From the UHGV virus genome UHGV-1378817: DNA of 64,000 nt; one strand, written 5' to 3'. A model generated the notes under the pieces. It worked only from the letters and a program-made list of their open reading frames with translations, searched no databases and was not told the origin of the DNA. This DNA is from a virus. This document shows positions 27,095 to 36,268 of this stretch, one piece after another. Within the stretch, counting starts at the first letter, position 1, and each line of letters starts with the position of its first letter. Position numbers and translations under genes: made by a program.

Positions 27095-29214
27095 AAGTTG
27101 TAAAACGGGACGGTAGAGAAGAGTTCTATAACGGAATTAAGGTGATCAAGGCGGCAGAGTCCGCCTTACTTGAGTCTGGGCATACTGAAGAAGAAGCTTA
27201 CCGGATCGCCTGCGCGGTTAATGAAGTTGTTGCTAACAATCTACCAACCGACCAGTGCACGATCTCTGTAAAAAATATCCATATCCTTGTTGAAGATGCT
27301 CTTATGGATATGGGTTTAAAATGTGCAGCCAGAGAATACATCCAGTATAGACAGACAAGAGATAATAACAGAGAGGCAGGTGGAAAACTGCTTGCAGATA
27401 TTAGTGGCTTCTTGGATCGAACTTGTGATGAATTTACAAAAGAAAACGCAAATAAGCCTACTAATCATGTACACACTCATCGCGACCTGCTTGCGGGTAT
27501 TCTTAGCAAACACCTTGCATCAACACAGATCCTGCCAGACCGTGTCTCCGAAGAGCACAATAAGGGCTTCATCCATGTGCATGATCTTGACTACTTGATC
27601 AGTCCGTTAACAAACTGTTGTTTGGTAAACTATCCAGATATGTTGGAAAACGGATTCAACATTGGTAACGCCCATGTCAGTAAGCCGAAGTCAATAGGGG
27701 TTGCAACAACAATCCTTAGCCAAATCTCTAGTGCGGTAGCTAGTGCTCAATATGGTGGTCAGACTATGAGCCATATTGATCATTATCTGGCACAGTATGC
27801 TGAAGCAACCTATGAGAAGAACCTTAAATTTTGCCAGGAACATTGGTTGCCAGATGCTGAGAGTGTTGCAATGCAAATGACAGATAAAGACGTATTTGAC
27901 AGCATGCAGACTTTGCTCTATCAAATCAATACGTTAACTTCTGTCAACGGGCAAACTCCATTCATCACATTGAGTTTAGGACTGGATACCTCGGTCTTTG
28001 GTAGAATGATTACCAAAAACTACCTGAAAGTCCACAAAATGGGTCTTGGTGAAGAACGTATTACACCTGTGTTTCCTAAAGTGCTGTTCTTCCTAGAAGA
28101 GGGTGTCAACATGAACCCTGGGGATCCTAACTATGATTTGAAACGATTAGCTCTGGAATGCTGTGCAGAACGTATCTACCCTGACTTCGTGTCTGTACCA
28201 CTAAATAGAAAAGTGACAGGCTCGACAGATGGCAAAGTAACGAGCATGGGTTGCCGGAGTTTTCTTAGCAAATACAATGACTTGGAAACAGGCGAGGAGA
28301 AATATCTTGGCAGATTTAACTTAGGCGTTGTTAGCCTTAACCTGCCAATGATTGCGGCAAAAGCTAAGACGGAAGGTGTTGATTTCTTTGCAGTTCTTGA
28401 CGAATACTTGGATCTTGCATACGAGGCTCACCTTGTAAGGGTTAATCGTCTAAAAGGAACAAAGGCAGGGCAGAACCCCATCATGTGGTGTGAAGGCGCT
28501 CTTGCTCGCCTGGATCCTGAAGAGAGTATTGATAAACTCTTCTATGACGGGTACGCTTCCATCAGTATTGGGTATATCGGTGTGTATGAAACCTGTCAGA
28601 TTTTGGGTAGAGAGGGTGACAAGGCTTTAGCTCTTGGAATCCTTCAGCACATGAGAGATGCTTGTGAGCGATACAAGAAGGAAAGTAGACTAGCATTTAG
28701 CTTGTACGGCACTCCTTCTGAGAGTCTATGCTATAAAGCTGCAACCTGTCTGGATCGTGAATATCCGGAAGTGTTAAAGCACGATCATGAATATCTCACC
28801 AACAGTTTCCATCAGCCAGTATGGATAAATAGCTCTCCTTTTGATAAGTGGGAGTATGAGGAAGGTTTTGCTATGATCTCCTCTGGTGGCAACATCGGAT
28901 ACGTAGAGACACCTAACCTGAAAAACAACCTGGATGCTTTAGAGGCTCTTGTTGACTTCGGGTATAAACACATTATGTATTTTGGTATTAACCAACCTGT
29001 GGATAAATGTCTCAAGTGCGGTTTCTCTGGTGAGTTCAGTGCAACAGCTAAAGGCTTTGTATGCCCAGAGTGTGGAAACCATGAAGAGGGAACGATCAGT
29101 GTAATTCGACGTGTGTCTGGATACCTTTCCAGTCCTAACTCCCGTCCTTACAATAAAGGTAAGCAAGCGGAAGTTATCGAGCGAGTTAAGCACTACGGAA
29201 GTTGTGGTTGCTGA
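27091..29214 (+). CDS. nrdD: anaerobic ribonucleoside-triphosphate reductase
   Basis: 707 aa, GTG start; C-terminal glycyl-radical motif RVSGYL and Cys cluster CLKCG...CPECG. Confidence 0.85.
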   Translation: MKVVKRDGREEFYNGIKVIKAAESALLESGHTEEEAYRIACAVNEVVANNLPTDQCTISVKNIHILVEDALMDMGLKCAAREYIQYRQTRDNNREAGGKLLADISGFLDRTCDEFTKENANKPTNHVHTHRDLLAGILSKHLASTQILPDRVSEEHNKGFIHVHDLDYLISPLTNCCLVNYPDMLENGFNIGNAHVSKPKSIGVATTILSQISSAVASAQYGGQTMSHIDHYLAQYAEATYEKNLKFCQEHWLPDAESVAMQMTDKDVFDSMQTLLYQINTLTSVNGQTPFITLSLGLDTSVFGRMITKNYLKVHKMGLGEERITPVFPKVLFFLEEGVNMNPGDPNYDLKRLALECCAERIYPDFVSVPLNRKVTGSTDGKVTSMGCRSFLSKYNDLETGEEKYLGRFNLGVVSLNLPMIAAKAKTEGVDFFAVLDEYLDLAYEAHLVRVNRLKGTKAGQNPIMWCEGALARLDPEESIDKLFYDGYASISIGYIGVYETCQILGREGDKALALGILQHMRDACERYKKESRLAFSLYGTPSESLCYKAATCLDREYPEVLKHDHEYLTNSFHQPVWINSSPFDKWEYEEGFAMISSGGNIGYVETPNLKNNLDALEALVDFGYKHIMYFGINQPVDKCLKCGFSGEFSATAKGFVCPECGNHEEGTISVIRRVSGYLSSPNSRPYNKGKQAEVIERVKHYGSCGC

Positions 29215-29217
29215 TTC

Positions 29218-29247
29218 TTGACAAAAGCCACAAGGATGTGGCATATT
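29218..29247 (+). promoter_or_regulatory. sigma70-like promoter
   Basis: TTGACA-18 nt-CATATT just after nrdD; a second TTGACA follows. Confidence 0.35.
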
Positions 29248-29277
29248 ATTGACACACAGTGAGCTAGGAGGTGCAGT

Positions 29278-29391
29278 ATGTCATCAGGTATTTATAAAAT
29301 TTGCAAGTGCGGCTGTAGTTGCAATCTTCGTTGGTGCAAGGCACTAGACGATTTTATTTGGCATTGCCCTAAATGTGATGCGGAGTATCTA
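29278..29391 (+). CDS. small Cys-rich zinc-ribbon-like peptide (~37 aa)
   Basis: MSSGIYKICKCGCSCNLRWCKALDDFIWHCPKCDAEYL; AGGAGG RBS; stop overlaps the nrdG ATG (ATGA); below the ORF-track size cutoff. Confidence 0.4.
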
Positions 29392-29864
29392 TGAACATTG
29401 TCGGATACACAGAAATATCTTACACCGAAGGGCCAGGTATTAGAACTGCCTTGTGGGTATCTGGGTGCCCACACGCTTGCCCTGGTTGCTTTAATCAGGC
29501 ATTTTGGTCAAAAGATAAGGGGAGGGAGTTCACTGAAGAAGACTTGCAAAAAATCTTGTCAGATTTAGATAACCCGTCTGTGTGCGGTATCTCTCTACTG
29601 GGTGGAGAACCCTTAGCATACTATAATGAGCCAGATATTATTAGCCTGATGGAGAAAATTAAGGAAAAATTTGGTGACAAGAAAACTATTCTTGTATATA
29701 CTGGGTTCACATTTGACCATATCTCTAGTGATGTTCTTAAACTGGCTGATATCATCATTGACGGTAAGTATGTAAAAGATTTACCAACCAAGAAACCGTT
29801 CAGAGGCAGTGATAACCAAAGAATGTTTAAAAAAGTATCAGGCGGTTGGGTTCAGGTAGACTAG
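29391..29864 (+). CDS. nrdG: anaerobic ribonucleotide reductase activating protein (radical SAM)
   Basis: CPHACPGCFN radical-SAM CxxxCxxC cluster; directly follows nrdD. Confidence 0.8.
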   Translation: MNIVGYTEISYTEGPGIRTALWVSGCPHACPGCFNQAFWSKDKGREFTEEDLQKILSDLDNPSVCGISLLGGEPLAYYNEPDIISLMEKIKEKFGDKKTILVYTGFTFDHISSDVLKLADIIIDGKYVKDLPTKKPFRGSDNQRMFKKVSGGWVQVD

Positions 29865-29867
29865 TTG

Positions 29868-29897
29868 TTGACAAAGCTTTGTTGAGTTGGTTATAAT
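29868..29897 (+). promoter_or_regulatory. strong sigma70 consensus promoter
   Basis: TTGACA-18 nt-TATAAT, then GAGGAGG RBS and ATG at 29927. Confidence 0.55.
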
Positions 29898-29926
29898 TGC
29901 CGTAATGAAAGCAGAGGAGGTGCAAA

Positions 29927-30040
29927 ATGGCTAAAAAAGCCTTGAAGAAGGCGTACAAGAAAGAGATTGCGCTTGAGCTTAAGAAAAAACACAAGCGTGA
30001 AAAGAAACATCATGAAGATGAAGAGGGGGTGCAACAGTGA
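29927..30040 (+). CDS. small lysine-rich basic protein (~37 aa)
   Basis: MAKKALKKAYKKEIALELKKKHKREKKHHEDEEGVQQ; stop overlaps the GTG start of ORF 30037 (GTGA). Confidence 0.4.
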   Translation: MAKKALKKAYKKEIALELKKKHKREKKHHEDEEGVQQ

Positions 30041-30387
30041 CACAAGAACGTATCGATTTGGCTAATAAGTTTGTAGACCTCATTTTGCCACGGTTAGTTA
30101 CTCAACATGCAGATGCTATTTCTACTAATCTTGATGGCTTACGCCTAATGCTGAATCGCACAGATGACCCTCGTATTCGGGCTGATTTAGAAGCCTCTGC
30201 CAACAAACTGGAAAAGTTCTTGCAAGTAGACACGCAAGAAGCCTTGCACAAGATTATGGTGGAAGGTTTCTCTAAAGAATTTACCATTAAAGAGCTTAAG
30301 GAGCTGATCCACCAAGAAGAGATGAATATCCGAGTTCAGGCTGTTGCAAGCAGCATGGAAGCGGCTATTGAAAAACTGTTGCAGTAA
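30037..30387 (+). CDS. hypothetical protein
   Basis: 116-aa ORF coupled to the upstream small ORF. Confidence 0.4.
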   Translation: MTQERIDLANKFVDLILPRLVTQHADAISTNLDGLRLMLNRTDDPRIRADLEASANKLEKFLQVDTQEALHKIMVEGFSKEFTIKELKELIHQEEMNIRVQAVASSMEAAIEKLLQ

Positions 30388-30425
30388 AAGTACTTGGCAC
30401 ATCTCAATCTGAAAGGAGTCCCAAC

Positions 30426-31214
30426 ATGGGTCGAGCTAAAGAAACAAAACGCATGCGTGATGAAGCTAGAGAGGCTCGCAAATCTGATCGCCTGCGTAAG
30501 GCTGCTGAGAAATTTGCTGACGAACGAGAGCACACTGCTCCAGCTCTCCGACCAATGAATAAGAAGCAGCAAAAGTATCTTGATTATCTAGGGTCACGTA
30601 AGATTATTATTGTAAACGGTGTGTTTGGATCCGGTAAGACATTCATGGCATCTGCATATGCAGGTGATCTTCTGCGTAAGAACGAGATTGATAAGATCAT
30701 TGTTGCACGTCCTTACGTTCAGACAGGAAAGACTTCAGGATTTAAACCTGGAAATGCAATGCAGAAATTGTGGCCCTATCTTCGAAGCATGATGGACACG
30801 ATTTGTCGTCGTGTTGGCAAAGGTGCTTTTGCCGCAATGCTGGGAGACGGTCAGAACAGCCGTATCGAGATTTGTGAAGTTGAAAGCATTCGTGGTCGTA
30901 GTTTCGATGAGCGATGCTTTGTCCTGATTGACGAGGCACAGCAAACTAACCCTGAAGAAATGTTGTCAATTATCACAAGGATCTCTGATCAAGCCACCCT
31001 TGTAATTATGGGTGATAATAGCCAACGTGACATCCCTGGTAAATCTGGCCTTGCATGGGTGACGGATTTCTTTACTCGTCATCCAGATCCTGAGGTTGGA
31101 ATGATCAGCTTTGATAGTCCAGACGATGTCGTTCGTTCCGGGTTGGGTCGTCAGATCGCACTCAATCTTATTGAGGATCGTGCAAATCATATTTGGACCC
31201 CTGTTTCCGAGTAA
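30426..31214 (+). CDS. phoH: PhoH-like ATPase
   Basis: Walker A GVFGSGKTF, Walker B-like VLIDEAQ, overall PhoH layout. Confidence 0.75.
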   Translation: MGRAKETKRMRDEAREARKSDRLRKAAEKFADEREHTAPALRPMNKKQQKYLDYLGSRKIIIVNGVFGSGKTFMASAYAGDLLRKNEIDKIIVARPYVQTGKTSGFKPGNAMQKLWPYLRSMMDTICRRVGKGAFAAMLGDGQNSRIEICEVESIRGRSFDERCFVLIDEAQQTNPEEMLSIITRISDQATLVIMGDNSQRDIPGKSGLAWVTDFFTRHPDPEVGMISFDSPDDVVRSGLGRQIALNLIEDRANHIWTPVSE

Positions 31215-31219
31215 TACAG

Positions 31220-31240
31220 AAGGGTGGTTATTCCACCCTT
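31220..31240 (+). terminator. putative terminator hairpin
   Basis: AAGGGTGG-ttatt-CCACCCTT followed by AAAAT, after phoH. Confidence 0.35.
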
Positions 31241-31259
31241 AAAATGTCTAAAACGGTTG

Positions 31260-31288
31260 TTGACAAATAGGTAAGCTTTAGATATTAT
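31260..31288 (+). promoter_or_regulatory. sigma70-like promoter
   Basis: TTGACA-17 nt-TATTAT upstream of ORF 31317. Confidence 0.5.
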
Positions 31289-31316
31289 TATCGGACAAAA
31301 CAGAGAGAAGGACAGT

Positions 31317-31628
31317 ATGGCTACAATACAAGAGAAACTGAATAAAATATACTGCCTGTTTGTCTATAACGGCGAGACAATTTTGGCAAATAAAGGATCC
31401 AAGAATGTGTGGATCAAGGACAGCGGTGGTAACATAATTAACTTAGCGTTGCTACGTGAGCGCCGACACAGATTCTTTATCGAGTCTCGAATTATTGAAA
31501 GCAGCACTTGCTACAGAACAGGCGATAAAGTAATTGTTGACAATGATACGTGGTATGTGGTAGACTGGCAATCATTGAGTTGTGATGCTTCTGACAATCG
31601 TAAGTATTCCATAGTGATTGCTAAATAA
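31317..31628 (+). CDS. hypothetical protein
   Basis: 103-aa ORF. Confidence 0.4.
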   Translation: MATIQEKLNKIYCLFVYNGETILANKGSKNVWIKDSGGNIINLALLRERRHRFFIESRIIESSTCYRTGDKVIVDNDTWYVVDWQSLSCDASDNRKYSIVIAK

Positions 31629-31688
31629 AGGTAAATGTGAATCAGGTTTAAATAAATAGCTTTCAACTTCCAATATTAAGGATTTCTC

Positions 31689-32738
31689 ATGAATTTAACA
31701 CCTCGCAGCACCATGGTACACGGCATGAAAGAAAAACAGAACGGTTTCGAACCTATGAGTAATAAAATGTTTGGTATGCCGGGCGGTATTATGGAAACAT
31801 ACAGCTACCCAACACCTGTTGTTGACCACGTTCTTTATATCGACGATTTGGAGGACCTGCAGGATCATATGTCTCGTCTGCAGACGATTCGTATGGCTCA
31901 GCCGGAAGAAAGCATTCGCGTGATCATCAATAGCCCCGGGGGTTGCGTGCACATTGCAATGGCTTATCTGCAGGCATTCCGCGAGTCTCAGGCAAGCGTT
32001 GTTGCACATGCTGAAGGGATGTGCTGCTCTGCTGGAACAATCTTATGGCTTGGTTGCAAAGAACGTACTGTGGCTCCGGACACAGAATTTATGTTCCACT
32101 ACTATCAAGGTGGCACTTATGGTAACGGTGTTAACATGAATATTCAGGTCAGCTACTGGAAAAAACGTTTTGAACACCTGATCGAAAAATACTACGGTGG
32201 GGTGCTGACAGAAGATGAGATCGCATCCATCACAGCTGGTGGCGAAGTGTGGTTGGACGGAGAAGAGTTGGCAGCACGTACTGGAGCTATTATTCTGGAT
32301 GAAGGTAACATACAACGCATCCAGAATGGACAAAAACCGAAAAAGCTTCTGGCAAAAGGGGATGAAGAAGGCGTGTTAGGTGAAGCAGGTCTTCCGGAGA
32401 TTCACCAGTGCACCTCTTTAGATGAGTTAGTTCATGCTGTTGAATCTGCAAAAGCGGGTGGTTCGAAAGGTGATGTTCACACTGTGTTCCTGAACCTGCA
32501 GATGGAAAGTGGTGAGACCGTTAAGATTGCCTTAGGTGAGATCACCTCAGAAGATTTGCAGCGATTCTCTGTTGTTGAACTTCAAGACATTCTGTCCCAA
32601 TTGAAGACAACCCTGAACGGCGGTGAAGAGGTTAAGGTAAAAGATAAGACTCGTAAGCGTCTGGTGGACAATATTATTAAAACAGCAAAAGAGCTTAATG
32701 AAAAAATCCTGGGTGCAGGAATTGTCGAAGAAGCTTAA
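31689..32738 (+). CDS. ClpP/S14-family serine protease homolog with long C-terminal extension
   Basis: VIINSPGG and GMCCSAGT match ClpP-type motifs; about 150 extra C-terminal residues. Confidence 0.5.
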   Translation: MNLTPRSTMVHGMKEKQNGFEPMSNKMFGMPGGIMETYSYPTPVVDHVLYIDDLEDLQDHMSRLQTIRMAQPEESIRVIINSPGGCVHIAMAYLQAFRESQASVVAHAEGMCCSAGTILWLGCKERTVAPDTEFMFHYYQGGTYGNGVNMNIQVSYWKKRFEHLIEKYYGGVLTEDEIASITAGGEVWLDGEELAARTGAIILDEGNIQRIQNGQKPKKLLAKGDEEGVLGEAGLPEIHQCTSLDELVHAVESAKAGGSKGDVHTVFLNLQMESGETVKIALGEITSEDLQRFSVVELQDILSQLKTTLNGGEEVKVKDKTRKRLVDNIIKTAKELNEKILGAGIVEEA

Positions 32739-32750
32739 ACATTAATTCTA

Positions 32751-32772
32751 AAGCCCTCTTCGGAGGGCTTTT
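32751..32772 (+). terminator. putative rho-independent terminator
   Basis: GCCCTC-ttcg-GAGGGC followed by TTTT. Confidence 0.5.
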
Positions 32773-32789
32773 ATGATCTGGAGATTTGC

Positions 32790-33323
32790 ATGACTTGTGC
32801 TAGAAAACCTGATGAACAACGTAACGCCTACGACGAGTATGTGACACCGGAGTGGTGTGCAGAAGGGCTGTATGACCTTATTCCGTTCCCAGAAGACTGG
32901 ACCTACTTAGAGCCTTGCAGGAATAGTGCCTCAGGTGTGTTTTACTCCCGTATGCCGTTAGGATCTGCATGGGGAGAAATCCAAGAAGGTGTTGACTATC
33001 TGAATACAGAATACAACCATGTTGACTGTATTATCACCAACCCACCATACAGCCTAGCTCGTGAGTTTGTAGACAAGGCGTTGAAAGATGCTGACGTAGT
33101 TATTATGCTTTTGCGTCTTAATTTTCTGGAAAGCAAAGCCAGATTTGAATGGTGGCTTGATAATGCACCCACTACTGTGATCACAATATCTAAGCGTCCA
33201 TCATTTCAATCAAATGGTAGAACTGACGGGCAAGCATATGCGTATTTTGTGTGGGATAAGAAAAACCGTTTAGGCTTGCCGCCATTTATGTGGTTGGCAC
33301 CACCAGAGGTGGACCTGAAATGA
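32790..33323 (+). CDS. DNA N6-adenine methyltransferase (small)
   Basis: Catalytic motif ITNPPYS; 177 aa. Confidence 0.55.
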   Translation: MTCARKPDEQRNAYDEYVTPEWCAEGLYDLIPFPEDWTYLEPCRNSASGVFYSRMPLGSAWGEIQEGVDYLNTEYNHVDCIITNPPYSLAREFVDKALKDADVVIMLLRLNFLESKARFEWWLDNAPTTVITISKRPSFQSNGRTDGQAYAYFVWDKKNRLGLPPFMWLAPPEVDLK

Positions 33324-33604
33324 AAATGAGTGCTAAGGACAAATTACACCAGTTAGCGCTAAAACGTCCTGTAACGCTCCCTGACGAGCTTAACTCCATT
33401 TATGATGCGATTGTAGGGGAGATACAAAATAAAGCGTTAGCAGGCTTTCTGGGATGCGGATTTTCGATAAATCTACCCTCGCATCTCTCAGACTACTTCC
33501 CGCACATTGTTGGAGATTTAAGGGCAGGAGGTCTGCAGGTAGATGTTGTTGGCATCTCCCCAGAGAAAAATAATACGGTTGCCTACTTGACAGTAACCTG
33601 GTAG
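33320..33604 (+). CDS. hypothetical protein
   Basis: ORF 33290-33604 trimmed to Met MKMSAKD, coupled to the methyltransferase stop. Confidence 0.35.
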   Translation: MKMSAKDKLHQLALKRPVTLPDELNSIYDAIVGEIQNKALAGFLGCGFSINLPSHLSDYFPHIVGDLRAGGLQVDVVGISPEKNNTVAYLTVTW

Positions 33605-33880
33605 TTGTGTATTGTTGTTTTCAACAAGAGGGGGTCATTTATGTACAAGTCATTTTCAATCTACTCAAGACAGGCGAAACACTACACAGAGATCCTGATC
33701 ACTCAGAAAAAATCTGTGGAAGGTGAGTGGGAATATCACCATAAAATGTTGCGTCCAGACTGGGTTTTTGATAGACTTATTGCTATGATCCCTCTCGGAG
33801 AAGTATACCCTCTGACAGCCCATCGCGATGCTTGGGATTTAATTGATTACATAGATTCATTTAAGGAGCCTAGATTATGA
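33605..33880 (+). CDS. hypothetical protein
   Basis: 91-aa ORF. Confidence 0.35.
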   Translation: MCIVVFNKRGSFMYKSFSIYSRQAKHYTEILITQKKSVEGEWEYHHKMLRPDWVFDRLIAMIPLGEVYPLTAHRDAWDLIDYIDSFKEPRL

Positions 33881-34275
33881 AGATTGAGATTACTAAAGAA
33901 GGTAATAAAGTGTCCGGCAACTATGCAACAGTAATTCGGGATTTAATGTTTGAAGCCACCAAGATCGGTACATCTAAAGTTGGTCAAACTGTTAGTGTGA
34001 AAAGTAATATCGCCACAGGAGAGAAGGTATTCATTGTGGTCAAAGGGCAGGATCCCGTGGAAGGAACAGTGGGCCGAGGTGGCTACCTGTGCATTTCTGA
34101 AGAGCCGCGTATGTTAGTGGCTGACGCTACTATGGGTGGGAAACGTGTGTGCGAGGCGGATGAGGTAATGATTATCCAACCTGTTGATCCAGATGACCCA
34201 GCAACTTGGGTGGTAGGAAATGAAATCTTCTCTTTAGAAGAGTTATCCTTCCCAGCACCGCGCTCTGTTCAGTAA
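33877..34275 (+). CDS. hypothetical protein
   Basis: 132-aa ORF, MKIEIT N-terminus. Confidence 0.4.
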   Translation: MKIEITKEGNKVSGNYATVIRDLMFEATKIGTSKVGQTVSVKSNIATGEKVFIVVKGQDPVEGTVGRGGYLCISEEPRMLVADATMGGKRVCEADEVMIIQPVDPDDPATWVVGNEIFSLEELSFPAPRSVQ

Positions 34276-34312
34276 TAATTTATCTTACCAGGGACGGTAG
34301 GTAGGAGGTAGC

Positions 34313-34546
34313 ATGAAAGTTAAATTTCTTACAGATTTAGGGTACCCTTCCTTGGTTGACTGTGTTGGTAAAATTGTGGAAGCAAAACGGCTATCTGCAA
34401 ACGAGAATGTTGTCCTGGTTAAAGGGAAGGATTTACTAGCTGCAGGTGCAGAGTCTGGCAGGATCTCTCCTGATTATATGTATTACCTATCTTTAAGTAA
34501 TCTGCCAGAGCGAGGCGGTAAAGGCCTTGAAGTTGTGGAGGAGTGA
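34313..34546 (+). CDS. small acidic protein, paralog family member
   Basis: MKVKFLTD...KGKDLLAAGAESG...EVVEE; shares N-terminal MKVK-L-D and the (D/K)L(L/I)(A/T)AGA motif with ORFs 37968 and 38185. Confidence 0.45.
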   Translation: MKVKFLTDLGYPSLVDCVGKIVEAKRLSANENVVLVKGKDLLAAGAESGRISPDYMYYLSLSNLPERGGKGLEVVEE

Positions 34547-35076
34547 CAGGTATGCTTCTGATTAACTGGGAAGACCTCTATGGGGACAAAGACCCTGTTG
34601 CGTTTGTTGATCGTAGGTGGAGATACACTGAAGAACAACTGGCGGCAAAAAATTTAACTGCAAAACGCAGAAAGATCATCCAGTGCAAGTACAAATACGC
34701 ACAGTTTGCTGCAAAAGTGTCTCCACAAATCGAGAGCTTTGTGCTTAAATTGTATGACGAGTACCTCAAATTCCAATTGGATTTTGTGCAGGTGTACCGT
34801 GCACAGGTACGACCAGATACCAACATATGTAGATGGAAGGTTGTTTGTGAAGGTAAAGATTTGCCGCTCAGCTTGACAATTGAGTGGCGTTATGGGTATC
34901 ATGAGTGTGGTCTGTATGATATTTGGGATGTCATTGTAGATCCTGCTAAGCATCTGAACACAGAGGAGCTGGAATATATCAATAAGGTTATTCTCGATAT
35001 GTTTTTCAGCTACACACATGAAAACTCTGAGAAAGAACGGGATAATTTTCTTGACACCCTCAGCGACCATTTGTAG
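34543..35076 (+). CDS. hypothetical protein
   Basis: 177-aa ORF. Confidence 0.4.
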   Translation: MTGMLLINWEDLYGDKDPVAFVDRRWRYTEEQLAAKNLTAKRRKIIQCKYKYAQFAAKVSPQIESFVLKLYDEYLKFQLDFVQVYRAQVRPDTNICRWKVVCEGKDLPLSLTIEWRYGYHECGLYDIWDVIVDPAKHLNTEELEYINKVILDMFFSYTHENSEKERDNFLDTLSDHL

Positions 35077-35106
35077 TATACAATTTAACCTACAAAGGGA
35101 GGACCA

Positions 35107-35334
35107 ATGAGTATAAATGTTGTGCTAATAGGTTACCTGGTAATGTCCGTTATAACAGCGGTATTCTTGACAGGTGTATGCATCGTGTCCAGACGAAGGG
35201 TGAAGTTTGATGATTTTATCACCATCATCACTGCTGCACCTTTTTGGCCTGTTGTTATCTTCATCGTAATAATGTGCCTAGTTGATTACTACAAGAATAT
35301 CAGGAAGGAGAGTAGGGATGGAGGCCGCACCTAA
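35107..35334 (+). CDS. small membrane protein
   Basis: 75 aa with two hydrophobic segments. Confidence 0.4.
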   Translation: MSINVVLIGYLVMSVITAVFLTGVCIVSRRRVKFDDFITIITAAPFWPVVIFIVIMCLVDYYKNIRKESRDGGRT

Positions 35335-35535
35335 AACTATCTATACTGTTCTTAAAGAGATTGCGTTCTACGCAGATCTTAGCCAGGCACCTTTATGGGA
35401 AAAGAGCATGTATTTAAAATGGTGCGTTAATTTAGGGAGACCTTCCAGTGTTTCAAGCCATGTTTATTGAGATGCTATCTGGGATATTGTTACTGGTAGC
35501 CATCTTAGGTGGTGCAGTTCTGATGTATAACTATC

Positions 35536-35739
35536 TTGAAAAAGGAGACAGCAATGGTAAAAAATAAATCTTTAGAGCAGGCTGAAAACCTTCTCCACGA
35601 GCTGGTAAAGGAGTGGAAAGTTGAATACTCAGATTTTAATGCACGAGAGGGTGAAGATTATTGGCCTACGGAGCGCTCAGAGGGCGAATGGTATCAAGAT
35701 TTTATAGAGTGGTTATATCAGACGTGCGATGAGGGGTGA
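35536..35739 (+). CDS. hypothetical protein
   Basis: 67-aa ORF with RBS. Confidence 0.35.
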   Translation: MKKETAMVKNKSLEQAENLLHELVKEWKVEYSDFNAREGEDYWPTERSEGEWYQDFIEWLYQTCDEG

Positions 35740-36206
35740 CGATGTTTGTTAAATATGTAAAAACGTGCCTCAACAGTCTTGGCAGAGAGCATTGGTACAC
35801 CTTGCTTGAAAAAGGGGAAATTTTAACAAAATCTGGAAAGATAACTTTGATACCTCTTGATAGTAAAGGTAAAGACCCGTCACGACTTGTTATAGATGAT
35901 TACGTTACAGGTGTGACGTTCGAGGTCTCTGTGGAGAGGTTAATACGCAGAGCTGGCGGCCCTTATGACCGAAGAGAGTATGTTTTCGATTCCGTTACAG
36001 AGATGGGGGAGCATCCGTCTTTAATGTTCAGGATGGTAATCAGAGATATGAGGTCATCTATAGATAGGATCGTAAAGGACATTAAGGAACCTTTTAGAGT
36101 AAAAGTTAAGAAGTTTTTCGATTCTAAGATTAACATACTCGCCGTTGCACTAGGTGTAGTTCAACTTCTGTTAATTTTGCACTATTTTGAACTACTATTT
36201 AAGTAG
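35736..36206 (+). CDS. hypothetical protein with C-terminal TM segment
   Basis: 156 aa; C-terminal ILAVALGVVQLLLILHYF. Confidence 0.4.
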   Translation: MTMFVKYVKTCLNSLGREHWYTLLEKGEILTKSGKITLIPLDSKGKDPSRLVIDDYVTGVTFEVSVERLIRRAGGPYDRREYVFDSVTEMGEHPSLMFRMVIRDMRSSIDRIVKDIKEPFRVKVKKFFDSKINILAVALGVVQLLLILHYFELLFK

Positions 36207-36268
36207 TAGTTGAGATATGGCACAAAGGATGTGCCATAGTGAAATAAACTAAGAAAGAGGTAGAGAGA

